Part shown: positions 25,255 to 38,113 of the stretch, piece by piece
How the letters are laid out: the number at the start of each line of letters is the position of its first letter
Position numbering within the stretch: position 1 is the first letter of the stretch
Assembly: GCF_030684315.1 (NCBI RefSeq)
Contig: NC_081387.1
Span: 10,994,822 to 11,058,821, forward strand
Reading direction: 5' to 3'
Length of the DNA stretch: 64,000 nt
Origin: Stegostoma tigrinum
Taxonomy: Eukaryota
The notes under the pieces: generated by a model
What the model saw: the letters and a program-made list of their open reading frames with translations, nothing else
Database searches by the model: none
What the model was told of the DNA's origin: nothing
Program-made: the position numbers and the translations under genes

Positions 25255-26110
25255 GGATGTGAATGTATAAGGCACGATTAGAATTTCCAGATCATACAAA
25301 GTTAGAAGGTATGGTTGGTGGTGAGAGAGTTAACAAGAAATTACAGTGGGATCTTGATCGGATGGGAAAGTGGACTGAAGATTGGCAAGTGCAATTCAAC
25401 GCAGATAAATGTGAGGTGTTGTACTTTGGAAAGTCAAACCAAGGTAGGACTTGCACAGTAAATGGTAAGTTCCTGAGGAGTGTTGTCAAACAGAGGGATC
25501 TGGTAGTACAAGTACATAGTCCATTAAAGCATCATCACAGGTAGACAGGATGGTGAAGAAGGCATTTAGCTGTGCTGACCTTCATCAAGGCATTGAGTAC
25601 AGGAGTTGGGTCGTTATGTTACAGTTGTATATGTCATTGGTGAGTCTGCTTTTGGAGTATTGTGAACAATTTTGGTCACCGTATTATCAGAAAGACATAG
25701 CTAAACTGGAAAGTGTGCAAGGAAGATTTATAAAGATGTTGCCTGGGCTATTAGGCTTGATTTACAGGGAGATGTTGGCCAGGAAAGGACTTTGTCCTTC
25801 TAACACAGGAGAACAAGGGATGACCTTATTGAGGTGTATAAAATCATGAAGGGCACAGACGGGATGAAGCATATAGTCTTTTTCCCAGGGATGAAGAATT
25901 GAAAACTGGAGGGCATAGGTCTAAGGTTAGAAGGGAAAGATTTAAGGACCTGACGGGCAACTTCTTCACACAGAGAATGTTGCATGCATGGAATGGGCTG
26001 CCTGAGGATGTGGATGAGGCAGGTGCAATAGCATCATTTTAAACAAATATTTGAGTAGGTACATGGATGGGAAGCATTTAGAGAGATGTGGACCAAATGT
26101 AGGCAATTGG
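25255..26110 (+). mobile_element. CR1 LINE fragment
   Basis: WQVQFNADKCEVLYFG, RDLVVQVH, LEYCEQFWSPY and LESVQGRF. Confidence 0.9.
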
Positions 26111-26613
26111 AACTGACTCTATGTCAACCTCAACAATCTGCCACAGATGCATATGTCCATGAAGCAATTGGCAGAGAGGCCACTGCAAGATAGTTGTGGA
26201 GATGGAGTTTTAGACTTACAATGCAGAACCTCTCCAAATTGTCGCGTGGCACCATCTTTGCGCTAAAGTGAATAGATTTCAAAAGGATTCCGATTCAAAG
26301 CAGGGTACCGACTAGCGATAGAGGAAATAGCATCAACAGAATTCTGCCCAACCATAACCTTCAAACCTGCAGAGTGTCATAACCCCCAACCAAACCTCCC
26401 GATCTATCCTGTGTCCAATAGGAAATGCAGGTGGACATGCTCAGCGCAGCACTATTCAGACCTTAAAATGTTGTGTCAATTGTGTTGAATCTAAAACCAC
26501 AGGACAATTCACATGCTAAACTGTAGAAATTGCATATATCATTTCAAGTCAAACAAGTCCATAATCAACAGATCAGTTATTAACTCTGCACTGCAATTCC
26601 AGTTATGAATTGT

Positions 26614-27526
26614 TAGAACGTAGAACATAGAACATTACAGCACAGTACAGGCCCTTCGGTCCTCGATGTTGTGCCGACCTGCAATACCGAACTCAAGCCC
26701 ATCTAAACTACACTATTCCATGTACGTCCATATGCTTATCCAATGACGACTTAAATGTACCTTAAGTTGGCGAATCTACTATCGTTGCAGGCAAAGCGTT
26801 CCATTCCCTTACTACTCTCTGAGTAAAGAAACTACCTCTGACATCTGTCCTATATCTTTCACCCCTCAATTTAAAGCTATGCCCCCTCATACTCGCCGTC
26901 ACCATCCTAGGAAAAAGGCTCTCCCTATTCACCCTATCTAACCCTCTGATTATTTTTCATGTTTCAATTAAGGCACCTCTCAACCTTCTTCTCTCTAATG
27001 AAAACAGCCTCAAGTCCCTCAGCCTTTCCTCGTAAGACCTTCCCTCCATACCAGGCAACATCCTAGTAAATCTCCTCTGCAACCTTTCCAAAGCTTCCAC
27101 ATCCTTCTTATAATGCGGTGATCAGAACTGTACACAATACTCCAAGTGCGGCTGCACCAGAGTTTTGTACAGCTTCACCATAACCTCTTGGTTCCAGAAC
27201 TCGATCCCTCTATTAATAAAAGCTAAAACACTGTGTGCCTTCTTAACAGCCCTGTCAACCTGGGTGGCAACTTTGAACGATCTGTGTACATGGACACCGA
27301 GATCTCTCTGCTCATCTACACTGCTAAGAATCTTACCATTAGCCCTGTACTTTGCCTTCTGGTTACTCCTACCAAAGTGCATCACCTCACACTTGTCTGC
27401 ATTAAACTCCATTTGCCACCTCTCAGCCCAGCTCTGCAGCTTATCTATGTCTCTCTGCAACCTACAGCATCCTTCGTCACTATCCACAACTCCACCGACC
27501 TTAGCGTCGTCGGCAAATTTACTAAC
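26614..27526 (-). mobile_element. CR1 LINE 3' fragment, relatively well preserved
   Basis: SKFADDAKVGG, WQMEFNADKCEVMHFG and PHLEYCVQF, with a (CATAGAA)n terminal microsatellite at 26614-26634. Confidence 0.93.
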
Positions 27527-30500
27527 TTGTGGAAAATTAATCAAACAATAGAGGGAGGGGACACATAAAAGAAGATGCTCCTCTAGTGCTGATCTCTGCA
27601 CATCAGTGCAAAATAAAAGACTGAAGGCTTTTTAATGCTCTTCATATTCTGGTGCAAACGTATGATCAATCCAGCTCTGCTTCCTCCACATGTCCCCAAC
27701 ATCAATATGACATCTTTTAGACGACGTGACTCTCTCCATATGACATCTTGAATTTCTTGAAGGTACAAGATGCTGCAAAGGCAATGAAATCACACAATAC
27801 TTCATGGATAATACTGAAGGATTACTGATCGAAAACAGCACAGCTGTAATAGTATTTACAACCTGCATCCTCCACTCTTTGAAAGGCATTCCCATGCACT
27901 TTACATTTGATGAGGATGACCTTTACTAATTCATTTATTGTTAAATCAGCTTGAATTCATTTCAGAAAATGGCATGCACCACTTCCTGAGAAGATAAAGA
28001 TCAATTAAAACCTCAGATAAGTAATACTTCCTCATCTTCATCTGAAGCGACAGATGCCTTCTTCTGAAATTGTGCCAATCAATTCCAAACTCATCAGAGA
28101 AGGTGAATTTTGTCTTCATGACTAAACCGTCAAGTTCCTCAGGCTACTTCATACGAATGACTATCATCTTAAACTTCCCAGCCTTTCCTTATAAGGCAGA
28201 TCCTTTATTCCTGGAACAAACCCAAAGATTTTCATTCTAAACTTCCTCCAAAGCAACTTCATCTTTCCTCAACTAAGCAGGACAAAACAACTGTGTAAGA
28301 CCTGTCCACTTTATATGCTGCATTGCCTTGTAGTAAATTTTGAAATTCCATTCCACTCTCTAAATATTTTTAATATCTAAATGCTGGTCTTTGTATAAGG
28401 TCTGCTCGAGCCCTCTTGACCTAAGCATTTAGTACTTCCTCTTTATTAAAAATAACTTATATTCTATTATTTGCAGTAAAGTAGACACACACACATGTGC
28501 ACTCACATTTCTCCATCTGCCAAATTTTGTTGAGCTCACAGAATCTATGTCCTTTAAATGCTCTGTACACCCTTTCAAAGTTTGCTTTTTTTGTCTATCT
28601 TCTGTATTTTTGGCACCAACAGATTTGATTACAATGCACACATTACTTAATTAATACGATTCCTTACAAATGCTGAAAAATGCATATAACGCTAAAGATT
28701 TAACTCTTACACTTATCAGAACAATCAATGAGAAATATCGATATGAATGGAAAAGTTCTGTCCTAAATGTGATAACAGCACTGATTATTGATTCTGGATA
28801 GAGGAGTCGTTGGAAAGAAAATGCAGCAGATCAACTATGTTGGACAGCTTACTGCCAAGCTTAATAATCTTATTGTTAAAGCAAGCAGTTAGACTCCGAA
28901 TGATTAAGGCATTGCTCTGATAAATGAGTCAGAGAATGTCTGTCACCTATTTAGTTGAACTGAGCAGACCCACTTTGAAGCACACTTCCATTTTACCTAC
29001 AAATAGAAGGGACTGTATGCAAGTGTGTGTGTGTGTGTAAGTAATCAGGATGCTTTAACAAATGTTGTCCAATCTCACACTCATCTTTGTTTTACAAGCA
29101 TTTGCTGGTTGCTACGCATGGTTTTTTGCTTGCTCCAATGCAGTTTGGCACATTACAGAGACGTTTCTTTGTTTGGGTATCATACTTGGAGACAATACAT
29201 CAGCCTGGTGCTCTATGGTCATTTTATTGTGCAAGTGGTGGGTCGGAAAATGGGCACAGAGGGTAGGGGCTCATTTTCAATTTCTGCACATCAAGAGGGA
29301 TCAGTTTGGTTTTTCAGATCAGTTTGTGCTGAGGTTTTTATTTAACGAATTATGATTCAGATGGCTAAAGTGTGATGTGTCAATTAAGGATGAGATTTCA
29401 TTTTTAATGAAAGGATAGCTTCAGGTTAAACGTCATGAGAAAGGCCTAAAGATCATTTTATGTGTAGAGAACTTCTTTAAGGAGAGAGTTTAGAGGAAAA
29501 AGATCATTTTATGTGTGTGTTCTACTGTGTCTGGTGAGGCATCAGCTTGGGTGAAGGAATCACTACGGGGATTGTCAATACTTTTGGATGATAACTTGTT
29601 TGACTAGCATGGGAATAAACCTGGGAAAAACTTCGGTCAGTTTGGAGTCATTTTGTTTGTAAAGGGTCATTTTTGAGAGCGGTGTGTTAGTGTGTTGCAC
29701 AGAATATATGTTCTCCTTTCTGCTTGCAATCAAACTACTTGTTCTCCAGGTCAAGATCTAGTGCTTTCATTTCTATGACTGTTGGCTGGCTTTAATTACT
29801 TGGAAGGAGTATTTTCAATAACAGTCTGTAATGTGCAAAGTAGTTCACTATCAACAGTCTCAGATTTGTTTGGAATTTATTATGATTCATTTGTGGATGC
29901 GCACAGTGTCTCTGCATAACATAGAAAAAGAAGGCACCACAATTATAACTGGGAAGAAATTGTGTCTGTCATATTGTTAAACATCAATAGCATGAGTGTT
30001 GTTTTGTGAAATGCATTCATAAATTATTCACTAAAAGGAAAATAGAGGTCCTGTGACTCAACATATTCAAGGCAGAGATTTTCAGATTTTCAATCAGCAA
30101 GTTAATCAAGATTGATACTGAGGAAAGACAAGAAAATGCAGTTTTGGATTATCAGACCAACATGATCTCATGGAATGGTGGAGCAGATTCAATGGACTGA
30201 ATGGCCTACTTTAGTCTCCTATGTCATATCGGTATTTCTTATGGAATTATGGAAATACGGAACAGGGACTGGAGAACTTATTTGGTAAATGAAGATGCAT
30301 TGGTGTCTCTGTCTGATTCATCATGCAATAAATCAAGGATTAAGAACTTACTTTTTGCTTAAGATCATCATACAACTAGTCTTCAAGTATATAAATAACT
30401 CCCATCTCTACTGTTCCCTCCTGTAGAATAAAGTCACAGCTTTCTTAAACTCATTAAATCACAAGGTAACTTCCTTCAAAGTTACACTTCAAGGATGAAC

Positions 30501-30549
30501 ACATGTCGGTTCAATCCAGCTGCATCCAAAAGAATATTGCAGTCTATTG

Positions 30550-33175
30550 TTACTTAGTCCCTGCCTGTGGCTATAATTCACCTGATAGTAGTGAAGACAT
30601 TGGCTTGTAGAAGGTGTAATATAAGTGCAAGTTGTACATAAATAGAATAACCTTTTATATATGTTAGTGAAGATAAAATATTATGGGACGAAGGAGGGAC
30701 TAGTTGAATTATTTCTCATGTTGTTTAAACGATGGATTATCGCTCTATGTTGTGATTTGGATTGCATCATATCATAATATGTTTAATCATCCACCTGGAG
30801 GAGCAGGCCATTCCCCAGATGATAGCCAATGAATAGAATTCCTTCAATGTGGCATGCTTTTGGTCTTGCTTGGGGAATGGGAGTGTTGATAATAATGCCT
30901 TAAAAGAGATTACTTCATCAAATCCTGAGTAGATTCAAAGTTAGGTGAGAATAACATCTACATAGAGGACACATGGAGCTTTTACTAGACGTGAATGGAA
31001 CCCTTGACTGTGTCATAATGTGGTTGAAGAGGTACAATGTGGGAAGTGTCATATTGCTCACTTGAAAATGAAAACAAGAAAAGCATAATATTGACTAAAA
31101 TAAGACAGATCATTAATTGTTCAACAAAATGTAGGTGTAGTTCTCTGAGAAACACAGAAAGTGAGAGCAGACAAACAGGAGGCTGGAAGAATATGGCAAT
31201 GCAGGCAACATCTGGAGGAAAGGAGCAGTCAATGTTTTGTGTTTACCCTTCCAACCTCTAGTTCATCTACCTGGATTCTAACATCTGCAGTTTGGTTTCG
31301 TCTCCAACAGAAAGTGAGGGAATGGTTCATACTGGAAATTAAGAAGAAAATTAGCTTTCTACCTCTTTTTTTCAATAGCTTGGTGTTTGGAATGAAAACT
31401 AAAATGCCTTGCTTCAAGTTTACAAAGATTTGTTGAGACCAAAGCAGAACTACTGCATCTCCATTTCGAAGCCAGAGTGCCCTTATCTTGGAACTGAAAC
31501 TGTGAAGCTTAATGGCTTTTATTGCAAGGCACAAACTGGGAAGATAAGTTTAAGAAAATGGGATGCAGGAAAATAATGAGAGTTTTACGCAAATTTGTCT
31601 CAGTGACAGGAAGGAAAACATTATCGATCACTGGAGCTTTCATGAATGCAAGGTGGTTCAGTATTGGTTCCATTGATGCTTAAATTATGTCTGAATCATT
31701 TGGAGTTAAATGTGAAAGTCACAACGGGAAAAAATGTGGAAGATAGAAAATGAGTCATGTACTTAATTGTGAAAAGTCTAGCTATCGATTTCGGAATTAT
31801 GTAAATGTTTCAATAACATAGGTGAAATGTAGGAATATTAGAACATAGGATCAAAAGCAAATGATTGAGATGGTCAAGCAAGCCCAGTTGTTCAATATGG
31901 TGGCTAATCAAAAACTGCCATGCCTCATTCACAACAAATGTTCATGATCCTGAATGCCATAGATAATCAGAAAATTTATAAATTTCTACTTTACTTGCAC
32001 TCATATTCTGAGCTTCAGTGATCCTCTTTTTCTGAGAGTTCCTAAGATTCCAACTCTCTCAGTAAAATAAATTCTCCTCATCTCAAACTAAGTGGCATCC
32101 CACCATTCATAAATTGGGGCATCTTCTTCTAGGCTCCCAAACCATGGGGAATACCCTTCCCGAATTGAGGTGGAGAATACAATGCAAGCCAAAGGTGTGA
32201 GATAGAGAATTTGGGGAGGTCAAACAAATGTAGGAAAACTTGAATAAACCAGTGGCTTTTAAGATTTGCAGAAAAGGGAGATATCTTTCATTGCATGTCT
32301 ATAGTCTTTTGAGGGTGACAGCTAAGTTGGTTAATAAACTGTGTGGATTGTCTTCCATTATTTAAAACAGCAAGGAATACAAAAGCATGGATGTTATAAT
32401 GGAATGGTGTGAAGTGCTGAGCAGGCAGTAGTTGAAATATTGTGTACAAATCTGGTCAGGACATTGCAGTAATGATATAACTGTGATGGAGACATTATCG
32501 AGGAGATTAATAATCATGTTGCGAAGGTTTGAAAATTGCAACTATGATGCTAGATTTGATTGCCTGGGCTTGTGTTCCCCAAAATTGAGGAAGACATAGT
32601 ATTATTTAATTACAGTGTTCAGAATTATGATGGGCATAGACAGAATTTACCAGAATATGTTTATCGCAGTGTAAATGCCTATTTCCAGGAGTATAGATTT
32701 CAAGTGATGGTCAGAGGGTTATAGGGGAAGGGAGAGAAATATTTCAACTTGAATATCATGGGAGACTGAAAGGCCTTGTTTGATTAGATGATGAAGACAG
32801 AAACATTCCACTTGCAATAGAATAGTTTCATTCTGCAATAACGTTCTGGTATCTCTGTGTCAGTGATTGACAGGAAGGAAGACTTGTTCTTTGAAATGAG
32901 ATTTGAAAAAAAAGCTATCCTATTCCCTCCTGTAAAACTGTGAGAATTGATCACGTTGAATGATATACTTGAGTGAAACCAATTGGTACGGTAATCTCTG
33001 ACAAAATGTTTCCACTGTCTGGGAGAGTTGCTAAGAGCTAATGTATGATAATGAAAGAGTTAGACCTGAGATAGTTACAATAAACGTAGATATTGGAAAT
33101 GTAAAATATCAGTGAAATATATGTATGGTGTGAAGTTTCATCACCGGATTTCAAATGAACAAACCTTATTGATTG
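30550..33175 (+). repeat. Diverged tandem segmental duplication, copy A (upstream of GPCR gene 2)
   Basis: Ordered matching blocks with 38120-46445: approximately 30790/38381, 30900/42472, 31830/43233, 32378/44588, 32820/46105 and 33150/46418. Confidence 0.8.
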
Positions 33176-33379
33176 TCTGTGTTGAAATTAGCTGTTCCTT
33201 TTTAAAGTAGCTTCTGCTGACAAGCTATCATGTTATTCCTGATTCTCCCAAAGGTGTAAATGGTACTGCCTAATGACTTCATCATTGAAACTCCAGGTTT
33301 TATATGGATCACTTGTTTTCCAGTTCTTACAACAAAGATCCTTAGGGATGAAATATCACAGTATCATTGAGGAGTTCAC

Positions 33380-33386
33380 TATAAAT
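33380..33386 (+). promoter_or_regulatory. Candidate TATA box of GPCR gene 2
   Basis: TATAAAT lies 97 bp upstream of the ATG at 33477. Supported by position only. Confidence 0.4.
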
Positions 33387-33476
33387 AGCTTCCCAATTTT
33401 TCTTTTTGTTAATCTCAATACTTTATTTTGATCCATCACTTTGATAATATTCAATATCTGAAGACAAGTTGAAAAA

Positions 33477-33546
33477 ATGCTTTGGAAACCAATATTCCAG
33501 GTCATAACCATATACTACACTTTCCTCACAGTAGCTGGAGTGCCTG
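33477..33546 (+). CDS. GPCR gene 2, exon 1 (MLWKPIFQVITIYYTFLTVAGVP)
   Basis: 70 nt from ATG to the donor G|gtgagt, phase 1. Same YY...GVP end as exon 1 of gene 1. Confidence 0.88.
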
Positions 33547-34388
33547 GTGAGTTACACTATTTTGTTGCACCATAATTTCAAATTGGGCACAACCCTCTGA
33601 CTTTTGACTGCTCAACCTATTACACTGACCTCCAACTTATCACGCATTACTGAGCAATGCCCACCATTAAGACTGCCTTCTCTCTTCCCAACTGAAACGT
33701 TTTTCTAAAGTCTCATTCTTTATGTTTCCTTCTCCCCAAAACTTTCAATCCTTGACATTTTCACATGGCCCTTAAGCTCTTTATTTTATCACTTTAGCTC
33801 CTTATTCCATTCTCATTCAGTCTCAGTGTTATCTGTTTCTGTTCTGAACATTTCTAACCTTGACATTTACCAGTTATCATGTTACAGTTGCATTATCTTC
33901 TTTTCTCTGTTTTTGATTGTTACTATTGATGTAATCTCGATTCTTATCTTTATATTCTAGAGTTATTCTGTTATACGTCAACATATCTTAGGCCTTATTT
34001 CTTCTCTGACTACCAACTAATTAAACAGTTGTTTTCTCTCGCAGTTTTTTTTTCTTATCTGCATTGTATTGTTATATTCTATTGTTTAATCTGGTTATTT
34101 TTGTATCCCTTCCTCGTTTCAATTGTTGGTGTCTCCTATATTTATAAAACTAATATCCTTCGTGTTATCCCACTTTAGCTGATGTGTTCAATTGATAGGT
34201 CAAAAGAAAATGAATCCTTAGATTCATTCATTAGACATTGCAATATCAATGAGAAAATCATTAGCACAAACTTCAGAAGATGATAGATTAATACAAGTGT
34301 TGAATGTTAACCTAGCGTTACCACAGTTAATGTTTACTGTTGATTCCAGCTATTTATTGACTGTTTTTATTTTGATTCTTTTCCACAG

Positions 34389-35314
34389 TTAACTTGATCA
34401 CAATTGTGATCCTGTATAAGGGAAAATGTGGTCTATCCAAATGTGTAACTCAATACCAAGTGGCGATGGCGACAGCAGACCTCATGGTGATCATTTGTAA
34501 TGTGATAATACACAGGATAGTTGCACTATATCATTGGAATTTTTTACCCATTTACACTTCTGTGTGCAGACTCATTCTATTCCTCTCTCCAACTGCCGTG
34601 GACGTTTCTGTTTGGTTTACAGTTGCCTTTACCTTTGATCGATTTGTAGCCATTTGTTGGCAGAAGCTGAAAACAAAATATTGTACTGACAAAACTGCTA
34701 CTCGGGTTATCATTCTACTGCATCTTTTCTTTTGCATAAAGAACATTCCATGGGCTATCTTGCATGTTTCTCAATTAAAAATTGACAATATACCACGAGG
34801 TTGCATAGAATCACCTGCAATTTACATTCAGTTTGCAGGGATGGCATTTTCTTGGTTAGATCAGCTGTTAACCCCAATTCTTCCATTCTTTTTGATGTTA
34901 ACCTTTAACATCCTCACAGTTAGACATATTTTAATGGCCAGTCATGCTCGAAGGAACCTTTGGATCCATAAGAGGGGGGAGAAGGATGAGGACCCTGAAA
35001 TGAAAAGTCGGAGAAGGTCCATTGTTTTACTTTTTGCAATATCTGTCAATTTCCTCCTATTGTGGATTATAACAATTGCATATTTCTTTGATTTTCAAAT
35101 TAAAAGCTATTTTAATCGCAGATTTCTAATGAACAAATTGGAAAATTTCAAAAATGTGGGCATCATGCTACAGCTTCTGAGCTCCTGCACAAACACTGCG
35201 ATTTATGTAGTGACCCAGAGTCGGTTCAGAGAGGAGCTGTTGAATATCCTGAAATGTCGCTTTGCTCTTGTTAGAAAACAGACTGATGAAAAAAGACGCT
35301 GCAATGAAAACTGA
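34389..35314 (+). CDS. Class A GPCR, GPR139/GPR142-like, gene 2, exon 2 (CDS = join 33477..33546 and 34389..35314; 331 aa)
   Basis: Acceptor ttcttttccacag precedes TT AAC TTG. Motifs VAMATADL, SVWFTVAFTFDRFVAIC, LTPILP, DPEMKSRRRSIVLLFAIS, FLLLW, SCTNTAIY and RFREEL. No internal stops. Confidence 0.93.
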
Positions 35315-37016
35315 ACCGCCTCGCTCAGTCATGCAAACCACTTTCACTGAAAAATTATTAATTACATTTACTAAAGGCTCTCAGCTGCCAGATTAATAAT
35401 GTTTAACTTAAATTTAATTGTTGCTTCATTCAAGTATCAATTTAATGTAACCCACCAAAAGAAAATAGCTGTGCTGAGCACAGAAATATTGTCAAAACAT
35501 GTTCCTTAACAAAGATACTTTTACAATCAAATTCTCAGAGAAAGTACTCTGGTCTGAGCATTGTGAAATAATCTGGATTTTCTTCCCACTAGACTGGTGA
35601 GCCTTGCTACTGCATATGTGGAGCTAATTTTCACGCAAAAATATTTCTCTTCTAGCAAAAATTATATTGTTCTTACCTGTTGATGTTATTCCAGCTGCTC
35701 TCTCAACTATTAACACTTTTTTTAAGGTGCATGCTAATAATTGCTAAAACTGTGAAATTTCACAGTTGTATAAAATCGCTTGCCACAGTCACTGTGCCTA
35801 ACATTTTAAAATAGAGGAGTCAAAGTATCTGGTAGAAGTCCTAAAGAAATAAATGAATTCAGCAGGTTACGGATGGTTTGGTTGAGCGTGTATGGCTGAG
35901 TAAGGAAGATCACAAGAGAAGGTTGATCGGTCCTTCATGTTTGTTTGATTAAGGCTGGTCTGAAGCTTCACGCGATGGTAGCAAATTTTGCCAACTTTCC
36001 CTAATGCATGTAGATGTCTAGTAGTTAGCAAACTCACATGTGAAATGATCAATTGACATCCATTATTTGTCACATCCAAATCTCTGTCACATTTTAGTGA
36101 GGAACTCTTTCGCAGTTTCACTCCTGAAAGTTCCGACTCCAGTTTTTAGAAATGATTTCACTCTCTCATCCGCCTTCATATCATGGATACATGGAGAATA
36201 AAAAAACCCAAGAGGGGATCGGAAGGAAAGTTCAAAATAACCAAGGGGCTGGTCAGAGGGGCTAAGGAGTAACTCATCCCACTTGTAAAAGGATCAAGGG
36301 CAAAAGACTTTTGGTTTCAAATGCTTTCCAAAAGATGAATGTGGGATGTCAGAAAAAACATTTCCACGCAACGCATCACTCAGAACATGAACACACTACC
36401 TCGGCTTGCAGTGGAGGTAGGTTCGACAGTCAGTCAAAAGGGCATTGGCTGATTATTTAAATATAAACAATTGTCAGTGATAAGAGGAAAGCATGAGTTT
36501 GGTGCCAAGGAATGATGCTGATCCTGAGAGCTGAGGGAGGCACAATGGTCTGAACAGCCTCCTTCCGTGCCAATCCACTTTGTGGTCATTACTTACAAGA
36601 TGTGTTCACCCAATTCCCTTAACATTAGTCAATGTAAATAGCCACCTATATTTACCTTATCTAACCTTGTTACAATCTTGAACACTACCATCAAATTTTC
36701 CCTGTGACTTTAATAACATTGCCTTTCGTGTCCTCAGCTCCATCCATGCACTATCTGTTTCATCCCTCCTGACACTGCAATAATTGGAGCCTCGTTAACT
36801 TTACAATAAATAGAGGCTGCACTTGCAGCAAGGTCAATCCCTTTATTATAACATGTGGTACACAGAACTACCCACATTTCTCCAAGTGTCACCCAAACAA
36901 GACTTAGTGTGGCGGCATTGTTTTATTCCAGGCCTTCAGATATGAAGTCTTTTATTTTCCATTGGACTGCTTTAATTATTATCTTTGCCTCTGAAAGACA
37001 CTTTAATAATTCATAT

Positions 37017-37236
37017 CAGAGATAATGGGAACTGCAGATGCTGGTGAATTCCAAGATAATAAAATGTGAGGCTGGATGAACACAGCAGGCCAAGCAGCAT
37101 CTCAGGAGCACAAAAGCTGACGTTTCGGGCCTAGACCCTCATCTCTGATGAAGGGTCTAGGCCCGAAACGTCAGCTTTTGTGCTCCTGAGATGCTGCTTG
37201 GCCTGCTGTGTTCATCCAGCCTCACATTTTATTATC
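37017..37236. mobile_element. Young Penelope-like insertion made only of two inverted pLTRs; 14-bp TSD
   Basis: Arms at about 37052-37139 and 37152-37238 are near-perfect reverse complements. TTAATAATTCATAT occurs at 37003-37016 and 37237-37250. Confidence 0.9.
37143..37175 (+). ncRNA. Minimal hammerhead ribozyme motif in the Penelope pLTR
   Basis: CUGAUGA (37145-37151), an extra A, stem II GGGU-cuag-GCCC, GAAA (37165-37168), loopless palindromic stem III ACGU, and GUC with predicted cleavage after 37172. Stem I is very short. Confidence 0.65.
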
Positions 37237-37453
37237 TTAATAATTCATATAATTGGACTTCAATTTTCTTGAATTATCATTAAATTATTAAAGTGTCTTA
37301 TAAAAGGCAAAGATAATAATTAAAGCAGTCCAATGGAAAAAAATGACTTTATATGTGTGGGATAGGGGGCTAGGACAAGGGGTGAGGGTCCCCAAGTGGA
37401 AAGCTCGGGAACCCTGCAGACACTTATTTATGTCTCCTCCCCAGCCTCACCTT

Positions 37454-37590
37454 CCTGAGGATGGGTCACCACACTCAAAAGGCTAACTCTGATTTTTTTT
37501 CTTCACAGATGCTGCCAAACCTGCTGAGCTTTTCCAGCAAGTTCTGTTTCTGTTTCTGATTTACAGCATCCGCAGTTCTTTCAGTTTTTA
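37454..37590 (+). repeat. pLTR-like repeat of a second Penelope-like subfamily (other copies at about 48318-48420, 52289-52420, 54610-54690 and 56320-56445 minus)
   Basis: ctgagga.gggtcac...aactctgattt..cttcacagatgctgcca..cctgctgagctttccagca recurs through the window with a degenerate hammerhead-like start. Confidence 0.65.
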
Positions 37591-37847
37591 ATTGACACAC
37601 ACAAGCAGTTCTCCCATTGATTAACATTTGACAGTCACTCATCTGACTCCCTCTTGTTGCATACCGGCGACTGCCTTCGTCCTGTCCTTTAGAACTGGTC
37701 CAGATCAAGTCAGGATATTATTTCCAAACCACACATTCTGTTGGATCCCGGAGTAGTTTCTCTTTTGATGTAACCTTTAGTGCATTCTCCAAATGGATCT
37801 TATCATGCTCGACAACTGATCCATTCATGGAGTCAGAGACTCTTCTT

Positions 37848-38113
37848 TCTGAAGAAGTGTTTAGGCTGAAAACGTCAGCTTTCCTGCTCCTCTGATGCTG
37901 TTTGGCCGGCTGTGTTCACCCAGCTCTCCACCTTGTTATCTCAGATTCTCCGGCATCTGCAGTTCCTACTATCTCTGAAACAATTTTAACCCAATGGCAA
38001 AGGATCTTCTGAGGAATTTCTGACGAAGGGTTTAGGCCCAAAACATCAACCTTCTTGCTCTGCTGATGCTGCATGGCCTGCTGTGTTCATCCAGCTCTAC
38101 ACCTTGTTATCTC
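37848..38113 (+). mobile_element. Tandem pair of Penelope-like pLTRs
   Basis: Two direct copies at about 37848-37976 (with tail) and 38019-38113 (without tail). Confidence 0.8.

Larger units (their letters stand above)
36945..37350. repeat. Inverted repeat of apparently unique DNA (about 65-bp arms) enclosing the Penelope palindrome
   Basis: ttccattggactgctttaattattatctttgcct..aagacactttaataatt (about 36957-37011) is the reverse complement of aattattaaagtgtctt..aggcaaagataataattaaagcagtccaatggaa (about 37283-37338). Confidence 0.9.

Noticed and set aside
27583-27895. Two overlapping minus-strand ORFs next to a CR1
   Set aside because: No recognisable domain, and the lengths are compatible with chance.
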